A DNA stretch of 64,000 nucleotides from Spirochaetia bacterium (GTDB taxonomy: Bacteria; Spirochaetota; Spirochaetia; UBA9216), in NCBI GenBank assembly GCA_963677925.2, contig CAXXYH010000003.1, forward strand, positions 800,001 through 864,000. Reading direction: 5' to 3'. Below are positions 51,971-60,857 of the stretch, piece by piece. Position 1 is the first letter of the stretch, and each line of letters opens with the position of its first letter. The notes under the pieces were generated by a model. That model was not told the DNA's origin. It saw nothing but the letters and a program-made list of their open reading frames with translations, and searched no databases. Made by a program: the position numbers and the translations under genes.

Positions 51971-52969
51971 TTATGGTCTTGGTATTTTTGCGAGAATCAT
52001 ACTGATGATATCATCAGAACTCATACCCTCAGCTTCAGCCTCATAGCTTGGAATAAGCCGGTGTCGAAGCACGTCATAGGCTGATTCAGTTACATCCTCA
52101 GGAATAACATATAACCGGCGTTTAAGCAGTGCAGACGCCTTTGCAGCCAGAGTAAGGAAGATGGTGGCCCTTGGAGACGCCCCGTATTTAATCAGATGCC
52201 CGGCATCAATACCATAAGCTGAAGGCTCACGTCCGGCCTGAACAAGATCAACAATATACTCCTCAACGGAGGGTTCTATGTGAATCCTGTCGAGAAAGTT
52301 TCTGAGGGCAAGAATGTCCTCTGCAGAGGCTACGGTTTCAGCCTGGGCTGGAGGCGCTGTTCTGGACATTGCCCGGAGTATTTTCAGCTCTTCAGCCTTA
52401 TCAGGATAGCTTATCTTAACCTTAAACATGAAACGGTCCACCTGGGCCTCAGGCAGAGGGTAGGTACCTTCCTGCTCTATGGGGTTCTGGGTAGCCATGA
52501 CCATAAAGGGTGTATCAAGCTTGTATGTTTCATCACCGATAGTCACCTGACGCTCCTGCATTGCCTCAAGGAGTGCCGACTGCACCTTGGCAGGAGCACG
52601 GTTTATTTCATCGGCAAGGATAATATTACTGAATATGGGCCCCTTCCTGGGGGAAAACTCACCGGTCTTCGGGTTATAGATAAGTGTTCCAAGAATATCT
52701 GAGGGCAGCAGATCAGGTGTAAACTGGATTCTTTTAAACCCCAGGCCGAGAGTTGAAGAAAGTGTGTTCACACTCAGCGTCTTTGCCAGCCCCGGCACGC
52801 CCTCTATGAGCACATGCTGATTGCATATGAGTCCTGTCAGCAGCTTTTTTACCAGATAATCCTGCCCCACAAGGACCTTTCTAATCTCCTGCTCTATTGC
52901 TGTTATTTTTTCAAGCTCAACAGGTAATTCCTGAATCATTTCGATGGAAGAATTCTGCAGTTCACTCAT
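51971..52969 (-). CDS. moxR: MoxR-family AAA+ ATPase
   Basis: GVPGLAKT, RIQFTPDLLPSD, DEINRA, TQNPIEQEGTYPLPEAQVDRF. Confidence 0.96.
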   Translation of the reverse strand: MSELQNSSIEMIQELPVELEKITAIEQEIRKVLVGQDYLVKKLLTGLICNQHVLIEGVPGLAKTLSVNTLSSTLGLGFKRIQFTPDLLPSDILGTLIYNPKTGEFSPRKGPIFSNIILADEINRAPAKVQSALLEAMQERQVTIGDETYKLDTPFMVMATQNPIEQEGTYPLPEAQVDRFMFKVKISYPDKAEELKILRAMSRTAPPAQAETVASAEDILALRNFLDRIHIEPSVEEYIVDLVQAGREPSAYGIDAGHLIKYGASPRATIFLTLAAKASALLKRRLYVIPEDVTESAYDVLRHRLIPSYEAEAEGMSSDDIISMILAKIPRP

Positions 52970-53074
52970 ATTGATTCACTCCTGATGAATTAATATAAAA
53001 ATTCTTACCATAATGGTCAACAGCAGGCTTAAGATGATGTATACTTAGAAGTGTATGCAGGAGGAAAAACAGCA

Positions 53075-53713
53075 ATGAAGAGAATACTTTTACTATTGCT
53101 CATATCGGTTTTAATAATCTTTACATTCAGCTGCCAGGATATCAACATGCTTCTTTTCGGAGACAGTGTTGATACAGTATCCACTTCAGCAGATGGACTC
53201 TATGATTCATCTTATTATTCCTATTACTATTATTTCACAAACAATACATCCTACGATATAGAGATAACACCTGATGACTATCAGGACTGGTATTCTTTTA
53301 CACTTGATGCTTACGGCACCTACGCCCTCTACAGTTACAGCTCATATATTGATTACTCATATAATAATGCGGCTTATGTGACTGAAAGCAATGATACTGA
53401 TGGATCTATAATTTTTTCATATAAGGATGACACCTCCTCAGCTTCCATAGCAGACTATGCTTACGGCCACTGGGATTCAACCTATTCACAATATTATTAC
53501 TACTTTGCCAACTATTCGGATCATGATGTATATATAGAACCTGATCCTGATTATGGACAGAGCTGGAGCGGATTCACTTTATATTCTGGTTATTACCAGG
53601 AGGTGTATCTTTCTTCCTCCGATTATTATATCTATTACCTGTATGATAATACGACCAACGTATATACCTATACCGATAATGACGGGAATGTTTATATTTA
53701 TAATAACTACTAA
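53075..53713 (+). CDS. Tyr-rich acidic lipoprotein with two internal ~80-aa repeats
   Basis: AGGAGG SD before ATG 53075; lipobox FTFSC; duplicated YYYYF-x-N...I-x-PD...W-x-x-FTL. Confidence 0.75.
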   Translation: MKRILLLLLISVLIIFTFSCQDINMLLFGDSVDTVSTSADGLYDSSYYSYYYYFTNNTSYDIEITPDDYQDWYSFTLDAYGTYALYSYSSYIDYSYNNAAYVTESNDTDGSIIFSYKDDTSSASIADYAYGHWDSTYSQYYYYFANYSDHDVYIEPDPDYGQSWSGFTLYSGYYQEVYLSSSDYYIYYLYDNTTNVYTYTDNDGNVYIYNNY

Positions 53714-53731
53714 GATAGTTTAATTAAAACC

Positions 53732-53760
53732 AAAAAGGCGGGAATCAACCCGCCTTTTTT
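53732..53760. terminator. Bidirectional terminator overlapping the yhhQ stop codon
   Basis: A5-GGCGGG-aatcaa-CCCGCC-T6. Confidence 0.85.
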
Positions 53761-54442
53761 ATTCAACCCTGCCCTTTTCCTTCCAGCTGCTTGCCAGGTA
53801 GATAAAAGGGGTATCCGCCACGGCGACAAGCCATTTAAACAGATAGGTCGTGATCAGTATTTCTATCAGAACCGGAATTTCGAATTCACCCCAGAAGGCT
53901 ATCAGCGTAAAAGCAAGGCTGTCTATCAGCTGACTAACCATGGTTGACACATTATTCCGCAGCCATATGTATTTGCGTCCCGGTTTCCGGTCCTTCATTT
54001 TATTGTAGGCCCAGACATCGTGCAGCTGGGAGAGCGCGTATGCAGTAAGACTTGCCAGGGCAAGACGCGGCATAAGGCCGAAGATTGTGGACAGGCTTTC
54101 CTGTGCAAAATCGCTCGGGTCGGGAACAAAGTGAATGGCAAGGTTCATCAGAACTGTCATTGAAATAAGGGAGAAAAAGCCGATTCCTACAGCCTTTCCG
54201 GCATCCTTTCTGCCGTAGTTCTCATTCAGGATATCTGTAACAAGGAAGGAAGTTGCGTATACGATATTGCCCAGGGTTGCAGTAAGCCCGAAGAGTTCAA
54301 CCGTTTTGATAACCTGAATGTTTGCGACGATTACAGAAATTGGAATCCAGATAAAAAGACCAAGCTTTCCAAAAAGCCGGTATGCCAGCATGATTGCTGC
54401 GAAGTTTATAATGAGCATTATAAACCAGAGAAGAGTATTCAA
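53759..54442 (-). CDS. yhhQ: Queuosine precursor transporter (YhhQ/COG1738)
   Basis: ANIQVIK, FLVTDILNENYG, ASLTAYALSQLHDV, WLRNNVSTMVSQLIDS, DTPFIY; riboswitch upstream. Confidence 0.93.
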   Translation of the reverse strand: MNTLLWFIMLIINFAAIMLAYRLFGKLGLFIWIPISVIVANIQVIKTVELFGLTATLGNIVYATSFLVTDILNENYGRKDAGKAVGIGFFSLISMTVLMNLAIHFVPDPSDFAQESLSTIFGLMPRLALASLTAYALSQLHDVWAYNKMKDRKPGRKYIWLRNNVSTMVSQLIDSLAFTLIAFWGEFEIPVLIEILITTYLFKWLVAVADTPFIYLASSWKEKGRVE

Positions 54443-54448
54443 TTGAGG

Positions 54449-54486
54449 CCTCCGTTGTTTTTTTAAGGCGGGGAACTGCGACCGCC
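54449..54486 (-). ncRNA. preQ1 class I riboswitch (translational type)
   Basis: GGCGG-UCGCAGUUCC-CCGCC-UUAAAAAAACAACGGAGG: 5-bp P1, UCGCAG loop and A-rich tail running into the SD, matching the Thermoanaerobacter-type preQ1-I aptamer. Confidence 0.9.
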
Positions 54487-54518
54487 GTACGGCAGATAAT
54501 ATACCGAATCAGGTATAT

Positions 54519-55892
54519 TTAATCAACCGTAAATGCGCCGGCGGCCTTTGAGCTGTAGTCATTATCCAATTCAAGCTCTTCAAACAGCTTATCGAGAGCC
54601 TTTGTATTTGCCTGCTCCCAGTCAAGTCCGGCACCCTTCACTTCAGCGGTTTCATAGGTAAATATATTGTTGCCGCGTCTATTAATGGAGATATTTGCCT
54701 TTACATAGATGATTGTGAAACCATAATTGTTCGGCGGTGCATTTCTATAATTCAGAGTGAAATTAACGACAAATTCCGGACTGCCCGAAGATATAATTTC
54801 AAGCGGAAGAGTATCTGAAACTGCAGCCTTTACAGTACCGTAGACCGAGCTGGTATTTTCCATATCCTCGATATCTCCGGTATAGCTGATATTAAGCAGA
54901 GACTTTATTTTCTGTACATCAACAAGGAAATCACGCTTCGGTGGATTAAGCTGGAAGCGTCCGCCTGCAAGACCCAAAGCGTCAGTATTTAGTACCGCTG
55001 TAAGGTAGTTTTTACCTACACCGAGGCCGGAAATATCCACAGCATCGCCGTATTTCCCGTTTGAAGGAGTTGTGCAGCTCATCATCAGTTTTGCATCATT
55101 TCTTGAAACAAGGTCAATCTGCAGCTGTCCCGGGGGATTGGGTTTCTGACTGCTGACTTCAAAATCAAGACTGACCGGACGGCCCGACTGAGCCGAGACA
55201 TTCTCATTATTAAAGCTGATTGTTAGAGAACCTATGTACATTGCAATCTGCTTTTCAAGCAGGTCAAGCAGAACACCCTGCTCTCCGCCAAGCTCAGATT
55301 CAATCATGCCTGCATAGGCTGATTCAGCAACTATATCCCACCCGTCGGCAAGTAAAGGCAGAATTTCTGCTATGGTCCTGGAATTATTTAACATTACAGG
55401 TTCAACCAGATTTTTAACACGTCTTTCGATATCAGCCATTTCCTTCTGCTGAATACGGAGCCACTCAGATTTATTCAGTCTCATGTAGTACCAGTAGCCT
55501 GAATCCGGAGAGTACCAGGAATCAACAGTTTCAACAGCTTTAAGATTCTGTTCAACGAGCTGTGTTATTTCTTCAACAGCCTGGCTTTCGGCGTTTCCAC
55601 GGCTGTCTTCCATCTGCCGGTAATTAACCTCGCTCATAATAACAGCTGATATTTCTGCGGCAAGGTTCGACTGTGCCCGCTTTAGGGCTATTTCACTGTC
55701 CTCTGCCTCATTACCGGTATTCGAAGAGCCGATTCCGGTATAAAAGGCGGGGTTAGCCGGATAATTCGTGACCCAGTCAGGTTTCTTCGGCGTTGAGGCG
55801 CAGGAAAATAACAGGACAGTAAGCAGAACTGAGGTTACCGATATTATGGAAAGTTTCTTTAAGTATTCTCTATTGATTTTGCAGATGGACAT
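54519..55892 (-). CDS. LPP20-family lipoprotein (large)
   Basis: Lipobox LFSC, KPDWV, YTGIGSS, AQSNLAAEIS. Confidence 0.75.
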   Translation of the reverse strand: MSICKINREYLKKLSIISVTSVLLTVLLFSCASTPKKPDWVTNYPANPAFYTGIGSSNTGNEAEDSEIALKRAQSNLAAEISAVIMSEVNYRQMEDSRGNAESQAVEEITQLVEQNLKAVETVDSWYSPDSGYWYYMRLNKSEWLRIQQKEMADIERRVKNLVEPVMLNNSRTIAEILPLLADGWDIVAESAYAGMIESELGGEQGVLLDLLEKQIAMYIGSLTISFNNENVSAQSGRPVSLDFEVSSQKPNPPGQLQIDLVSRNDAKLMMSCTTPSNGKYGDAVDISGLGVGKNYLTAVLNTDALGLAGGRFQLNPPKRDFLVDVQKIKSLLNISYTGDIEDMENTSSVYGTVKAAVSDTLPLEIISSGSPEFVVNFTLNYRNAPPNNYGFTIIYVKANISINRRGNNIFTYETAEVKGAGLDWEQANTKALDKLFEELELDNDYSSKAAGAFTVD

Positions 55893-55909
55893 TTTTTCCC
55901 CCGAAATTT

Positions 55910-55946
55910 AAAAAAATAAAGCTGATCATACCATGATCAGCTTTAT
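55910..55946 (-). terminator. Terminator/stem-loop between the two LPP20 genes
   Basis: ATAAAGCTGATCAT-3 nt-ATGATCAGCTTTAT with T run on the minus strand. Confidence 0.75.
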
Positions 55947-55997
55947 GTGTCTGCATGTTATTTACATGCATTATTATTCATAGATTCAGAATAAGTC

Positions 55998-56543
55998 TTA
56001 TTTAACCGGTTCTGATACAGTAGGATTGTTCTGGAGCTGGTAGTCGAGTTTTTCAAGAGCCTGTGCAGCCTTAAACTCTGCGAAAGCAGCATCTTCATTT
56101 CTCTGGAAAGCTTCAGAAGCAGCAGCTACCATCTCGGCCTTGTCGAGCTGCATAAGAACCCAGATTCCGCCGTCATCATCCTGCTCAAATCTTACAGGTT
56201 TTGCGCCGCTTAATTTCTTGTCGGTGATTTCCCTTGTGATTGACTCTACGAAGCTGATAAGCTGTGTGTTGTCATCAACACCTGCTTCCTGAGCATAGTC
56301 TGTTACAGAAGCCTGAATTGTTGTTTCAATCTGTCTGGCTATGTCAGCTCTTGCGTTTGTTTCAGCAACTGTCTTTGAAAGTGAAAGCTTTGACTGATTT
56401 CCGTAGCCTACTCCGTAGATTACATCATCAGCCATCGGCGGGTTAAGTACAAAATCGGGGACACCTGCTACCTTGTTTGAGGCACAGGAAAAAACGAGAA
56501 GTGCTGCAAGAACAGCAAGTACAATAATTCTAATTTTTTTCAT
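55998..56543 (-). CDS. LPP20-family lipoprotein (small)
   Basis: Lipobox VFSC, PDFVLNPP, YGVG, ARADIARQI. Confidence 0.8.
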   Translation of the reverse strand: MKKIRIIVLAVLAALLVFSCASNKVAGVPDFVLNPPMADDVIYGVGYGNQSKLSLSKTVAETNARADIARQIETTIQASVTDYAQEAGVDDNTQLISFVESITREITDKKLSGAKPVRFEQDDDGGIWVLMQLDKAEMVAAASEAFQRNEDAAFAEFKAAQALEKLDYQLQNNPTVSEPVK

Positions 56544-56667
56544 TATTTTCTCCTACATATTTATTCGAATGCTTTAAATTTAACTCTTGTATCGGATCTT
56601 TTCAAGTTTTAGCGAAACAAAAAAAACATTTTGACAAAAAAAAGGCTATTTATTATTATGTCCTGAT

Positions 56668-56910
56668 ATGCCTAAAGCAACTGTTTTTATTTATGTAATT
56701 GATTTACTTGATGCCCCGAAGGCCGACAAACTCCGGAAGGCACTGCTCGTCAATCCGAGGATCTTCGATGTGTCGATCAAACTTAATGCCGGAGTAATTG
56801 AAGTAACCTCCGAAAAAGATCCTGAAACTGAAGTGAAGATGGCCTGTTCAATAGCAGGATGCTCTTTCAGAATGCGGACCAGTAAAAGAAAAGCCACCTA
56901 CTGGGCCTGA
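56668..56910 (+). CDS. Small HMA-fold-like hypothetical protein lacking CxxC
   Basis: 80 aa with ferredoxin-like pattern; own promoter TTGACA (56631)-17 nt-TATTAT (56654). Confidence 0.55.
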   Translation: MPKATVFIYVIDLLDAPKADKLRKALLVNPRIFDVSIKLNAGVIEVTSEKDPETEVKMACSIAGCSFRMRTSKRKATYWA

Positions 56911-56929
56911 GCAATCCGTAATATTAAGT

Positions 56930-57415
56930 TCAGTATCTTAGAATTTCATATTCAGCAGCAATAGCATAATAACTCAGCACTTTTTCAAGAGCATCCTTGC
57001 GTACAACAAGTAGAAGTTCCCCTGTGAACGTCTTTAATAGAAACTTTAATGCCGGAGTAAATCCATATCCATTCAGCTCAAGCGGTCCGATTTCATCTAT
57101 CAGAATGATTGAGGATGAAACAGCAGCCGTCAGAACATCACAGGCATTTTTATATGCAGTCTCAGAGAAATAGAATCTGCTGAAACCATAAGTCTTCAAA
57201 TCATCCGATTCTTTTTCCGCAGATACAGCAAGAGTCCTCGTATTAGTTCTGATATTTCTCAGGAAATATCGATCTTTTTTACCTTCAACATATTCAGCAT
57301 CACTAAGAAACCCTGCTGTGCTTTCTCCGGACAGCTGCTTCCCGATCATATAGGCTTCGGCAAAAGTGCTTTTACCGCTGTTTATTTTTCCTGTAATTAA
57401 CTTTACTTCCGCCAT
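56930..57415 (-). CDS. THEP1-like nucleoside triphosphatase
   Basis: Walker A GKINSGKS, AGFLS, Walker B ILIDEIGPLEL. Confidence 0.85.
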   Translation of the reverse strand: MAEVKLITGKINSGKSTFAEAYMIGKQLSGESTAGFLSDAEYVEGKKDRYFLRNIRTNTRTLAVSAEKESDDLKTYGFSRFYFSETAYKNACDVLTAAVSSSIILIDEIGPLELNGYGFTPALKFLLKTFTGELLLVVRKDALEKVLSYYAIAAEYEILRY

Positions 57416-57437
57416 TTGAAAATAATATAATTAAAAC

Positions 57438-57956
57438 ATGGAAAAAAACAATCCGCCGGTAGTATCTATTACCGGCTGGTCGGATTCAGGAAAAACTACC
57501 TTCAGTGAACAGCTTATCAGGGAACTCATTTCACGCGGCCTTGAGGTTTCTGCGTTAAAAAGTACTCACCATGATATAGTCGCTGACCGCCCCGGCAGTG
57601 ATACAGACCGCTTTTATTCTGCCGGAGCCAAAGCCGTCTGCCTGTCTGCACCGGGAGGCAGGACAGTATTCTACAACAGCCCCCTGAGCAGTGAATCTGA
57701 ACTGGGTGAGATGTTCCCCGATACTGATATCATCATATCGGAAGGCTACAAAAGCAGGGATGCGTTTAGAATTGAGGTGGCTGGAGTTATCGGTGATGAG
57801 GGCGAACTGAAAAACCCGCTTTCCGAGGCTGATATTGTACTTTCTGATAACCCCAGGCTGGGTCAGTACTGTTCCTCCTGCGGAGCCGTATTTTTGAAAC
57901 TGTCCGACGTAAAAACGGCAGCAGATTTAATTATGAAAGAATTTGAGCTGAAATAG
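57438..57956 (+). CDS. mobB: Molybdopterin-guanine dinucleotide biosynthesis protein B
   Basis: GWSDSGKTT, KSTHH, DRPGSDTDRF, DIIISEGYK. Confidence 0.88.
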   Translation: MEKNNPPVVSITGWSDSGKTTFSEQLIRELISRGLEVSALKSTHHDIVADRPGSDTDRFYSAGAKAVCLSAPGGRTVFYNSPLSSESELGEMFPDTDIIISEGYKSRDAFRIEVAGVIGDEGELKNPLSEADIVLSDNPRLGQYCSSCGAVFLKLSDVKTAADLIMKEFELK

Positions 57957-57997
57957 AAGATTCAGAACTGAAGGACATTGATTTTATTTACACAGTT

Positions 57998-58028
57998 CGT
58001 TAACCTACATAGACAATCATGGTTAACG
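57998..58028. promoter_or_regulatory. BirA operator
   Basis: CGTTAACC-N15-GGTTAACG inverted repeat overlapping the birA start; fits the GTtAAC-N14-16-GTTaAC BirA consensus. Confidence 0.82.
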
Positions 58029-58801
58029 TAACCGACAGCAGATACAGCTTAATAAAAACCCTTAAAAACTCATCCTTCCCTGTTTCCGGAGAAGACCTGG
58101 CTAAGAAATTAAATATTTCAAGGGTCGGTGTTTGGAAAATTGTACAAAAACTCAAGGATGACGGATATGCTATTGAATCTTCCAGAAACGGATACAGGCT
58201 GAAGCAGAACACAGATTTGCCGCTGCCATGGGAGATGGAAAACGGGCTTGGAGATATTATATTTCTGAAGCAGACTGATTCTACAATGAATGAGGCGGAG
58301 AAATACAGTCTGCATCATAACAACGGCAGCTCCGCGACAGTTATTGCCGCAACCCAGAATCGAGGTAAGGGAATTGAAAACTCTGAATGGAAGTCTCCTG
58401 AGGGAGGGCTTTATTTTACAAGGATATTCAGGCACCAGCTTCACAGCAGCCGGATTGCGGCTTTCACGGAAGCGTCAGCTCTTTCTATCTGTGAAGCAGT
58501 AGGCAGAATCTGCGGAACAGAGTGCTGTATGAAATGGCCAAACAGTATAATGATTGGTGATAAAAAAGTAGGCGGGATTCTTACCAGTTTCAGGGGTGAA
58601 CTTTTTCACACATCAGAACTTCATACAGGTACAGGATTATACATCAGCACACCTGATTCAGAACTTCCTGAAGGAATTTCAAGCATTAAATCGGTTACCG
58701 GAAAAACAATCTCAACAAAAGAACTCATGTCTGAAATTCTTTTAAGCCTTGAGCAGACAGAAAAAACATTTATTTATACAACAGATAAACAGGAGAACTA
58801 A
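58019..58801 (+). CDS. birA: BirA-like biotin repressor (HTH + degenerate ligase domain, C-terminal domain missing)
   Basis: SGEDLAKKLNISRVGVWK HTH; TDSTM, KWPNS, KVGGIL; upstream of bioY. Confidence 0.85.
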   Translation: MVNVTDSRYSLIKTLKNSSFPVSGEDLAKKLNISRVGVWKIVQKLKDDGYAIESSRNGYRLKQNTDLPLPWEMENGLGDIIFLKQTDSTMNEAEKYSLHHNNGSSATVIAATQNRGKGIENSEWKSPEGGLYFTRIFRHQLHSSRIAAFTEASALSICEAVGRICGTECCMKWPNSIMIGDKKVGGILTSFRGELFHTSELHTGTGLYISTPDSELPEGISSIKSVTGKTISTKELMSEILLSLEQTEKTFIYTTDKQEN

Positions 58802-58807
58802 TCAAAA

Positions 58808-59368
58808 ATGACTGAGAGACATCAAATTAAAACCAATATGCTTATAGCCCTCTTTGCAGCCCTGATAGCCGCAGGAGCCTTTATCAGAGTGCCGGTCGGA
58901 CCGGTACCAATCACTTTGACAACATTTTTCCTTCTTGTTTCAGGACTGCTTTTACCGGTTTCAGGAGCAGTACTATCTGCAGCTGTATACCTTATTATCG
59001 GAGTGGCAGGACTTCCCGTATTTGCCGGAGGAAGCGGCCCGGCGGTTTTTGCAGGACCGACAGGCGGGTACCTTGTATCGTACATACCGGCAGTTCTTGT
59101 CTGCGCTGCCGTCTCCAAACCATCAAAAACCAGCGAAACAAGCCGCAGCCTGTGGAGGGACATCATCTCAGTTGTTCTGGCCAGCCTGATAATTTATGCA
59201 GTCGGTGTACCATGGCTGAAGTGGCGCCTTGATTTCACATGGGTCAAGGCCCTGTCCGCCGGCATGCTCCCCTTCCTATTCGGAGATGCGCTTAAAGCCG
59301 CAGCTGCTGTAAGTCTTGCAGCCGCCCTGAATAAAACAGCCCCTGAACTGCTTCCGCGCAGAGTATGA
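58808..59368 (+). CDS. bioY: Biotin ECF transporter S component
   Basis: PVPITL, GLPVFAGG, GPTGGYL, PFLFGDALK. Confidence 0.94.
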   Translation: MTERHQIKTNMLIALFAALIAAGAFIRVPVGPVPITLTTFFLLVSGLLLPVSGAVLSAAVYLIIGVAGLPVFAGGSGPAVFAGPTGGYLVSYIPAVLVCAAVSKPSKTSETSRSLWRDIISVVLASLIIYAVGVPWLKWRLDFTWVKALSAGMLPFLFGDALKAAAAVSLAAALNKTAPELLPRRV

Positions 59369-60123
59369 ATACACCTGCTGTTGAAGTAAAATCCGTCAGA
59401 CACCGTTTTCCCGGCGGCAGGGAGGCTTTGAGGGGCATTGATCTCAGAATAGATCGCGGCAGCCTTACAATTATTGCCGGCCCGAACGGCAGCGGCAAGA
59501 CAGTGCTGATGAAGCACCTTAACGGTCTGTTAAAACCGACAGAAGGGGAAATTCTGATAAACGGTATAAGTACTGCGGATGACCCTCAGCATGCAAGAAC
59601 CAAGGTAGGCCTTGTATTCCAGAATTCGGAAACGCAGATTATTGGACAGACCGTTTCTGAAGATATAGCCTTCGGACCGGAGAATCTGGGAAAAACGGCC
59701 GCAGAAGTTGACATGCTGGTGAAAGAAATTGCAAAGAAGCTGTCGATTACAGAGCTCCTTGATGAAAGCCCGCACCGATTATCCGGGGGCAGCCTTAAGA
59801 AAGTTGCGGCAGCAGGCGTTATTGTCATGGGTGCCGAGATCATTGTTTTTGATGAACCCTTTGCCGGCCTTGATTACAGGGGTGTACGGCTGCTGCTTGG
59901 TGAAATTCTGAAGCTGAAGGATGCCGGACATACAATCATTCTTATTTCGCATGATCTGGAGAAGTTACTTGCTCATACTGACAGCCTCATCATTATATCA
60001 GAAGGGAGAAAGGCCGCAGAAGGATCACCTGCTGATATAATTGACAGACTGGAGGAGTTTGATATACGAAGGCCTGCAGGCGAAATCAGCGGAATGACCT
60101 GGCTTAAGGAAGCGGATATTTGA
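59365..60123 (+). CDS. ECF transporter ATPase (BioM-like)
   Basis: GPNGSGKT, VFQN, DIAFGPEN, LSGG, FDEP, SHD. Confidence 0.92.
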   Translation: MNTPAVEVKSVRHRFPGGREALRGIDLRIDRGSLTIIAGPNGSGKTVLMKHLNGLLKPTEGEILINGISTADDPQHARTKVGLVFQNSETQIIGQTVSEDIAFGPENLGKTAAEVDMLVKEIAKKLSITELLDESPHRLSGGSLKKVAAAGVIVMGAEIIVFDEPFAGLDYRGVRLLLGEILKLKDAGHTIILISHDLEKLLAHTDSLIIISEGRKAAEGSPADIIDRLEEFDIRRPAGEISGMTWLKEADI

Positions 60124-60857
60124 AAGAGATACAGCTTTTCGAATACACAAACAGAACATCTGCAGTGTCAAAATTTCATCCTTCAGGAAAACTCATTGCC
60201 CTTTTAGTTTACAGCATTATGTGCGGAATCGTAAACTGGTATATCATCCCTGCCGCAGCCCTGATTCTTGTTCCGGTAATGATCGCTGCAGGCAGAGAGA
60301 CCTTAAGGCAGATACCTGCACTGTGGAAGATTCTGCTCTTCTTCGCCGCTTTTGCGCTTATACGCTTTTTCAACGGAGAAAATCCTGATGAAGCTGCAGC
60401 TTTTTTTTTAAGGCTCAGCTTAATGGCGGCTGCTGCAGTTGTTTTCTATACAACAACAGGGACTGCTGAACTTGCAGCAGGAATTCATTCACTGCTTAAT
60501 CCGATACCGTTTATAAACGGCGGAAGGGCTGCAGGTATAATTTCGGCAGCTGCAGGATTCCTGCCGATGATTTTCCGAATTTCAGCCGAACTCAGTGAAG
60601 CTGGAAAAGCACGAGGATTTACACCCAGGGCAGGATTTATAAGATACATCAAACTGACCTCACTTCCTTTGATTATCAGTCTTCTTCAAAAATCCGAAGA
60701 AATGTCCGATGCCTACTACAGCCGGTGCTACACCGAGAATCGCATTTACCGCACCAAGGTTAACACTCCGGGAACACATATCTATCCAGCAGGATTCATA
60801 CTTCTATGTGTAATAATTTCCAGCTCATCTTTTTTAATTGACTTCATGAAGCATTAA
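60120..60857 (+). CDS. ECF transporter T component (BioN-like)
   Basis: TM helices; ARG and SRC coupling motifs; coupled to the ATPase gene. Confidence 0.85.
   Translation: MKEIQLFEYTNRTSAVSKFHPSGKLIALLVYSIMCGIVNWYIIPAAALILVPVMIAAGRETLRQIPALWKILLFFAAFALIRFFNGENPDEAAAFFLRLSLMAAAAVVFYTTTGTAELAAGIHSLLNPIPFINGGRAAGIISAAAGFLPMIFRISAELSEAGKARGFTPRAGFIRYIKLTSLPLIISLLQKSEEMSDAYYSRCYTENRIYRTKVNTPGTHIYPAGFILLCVIISSSSFLIDFMKH

Noticed and set aside
44671-52969. moxR-DUF58-bat operon as a novel system
   Set aside because: Already described in Bacteroides and Leptospira; gene order here is conventional
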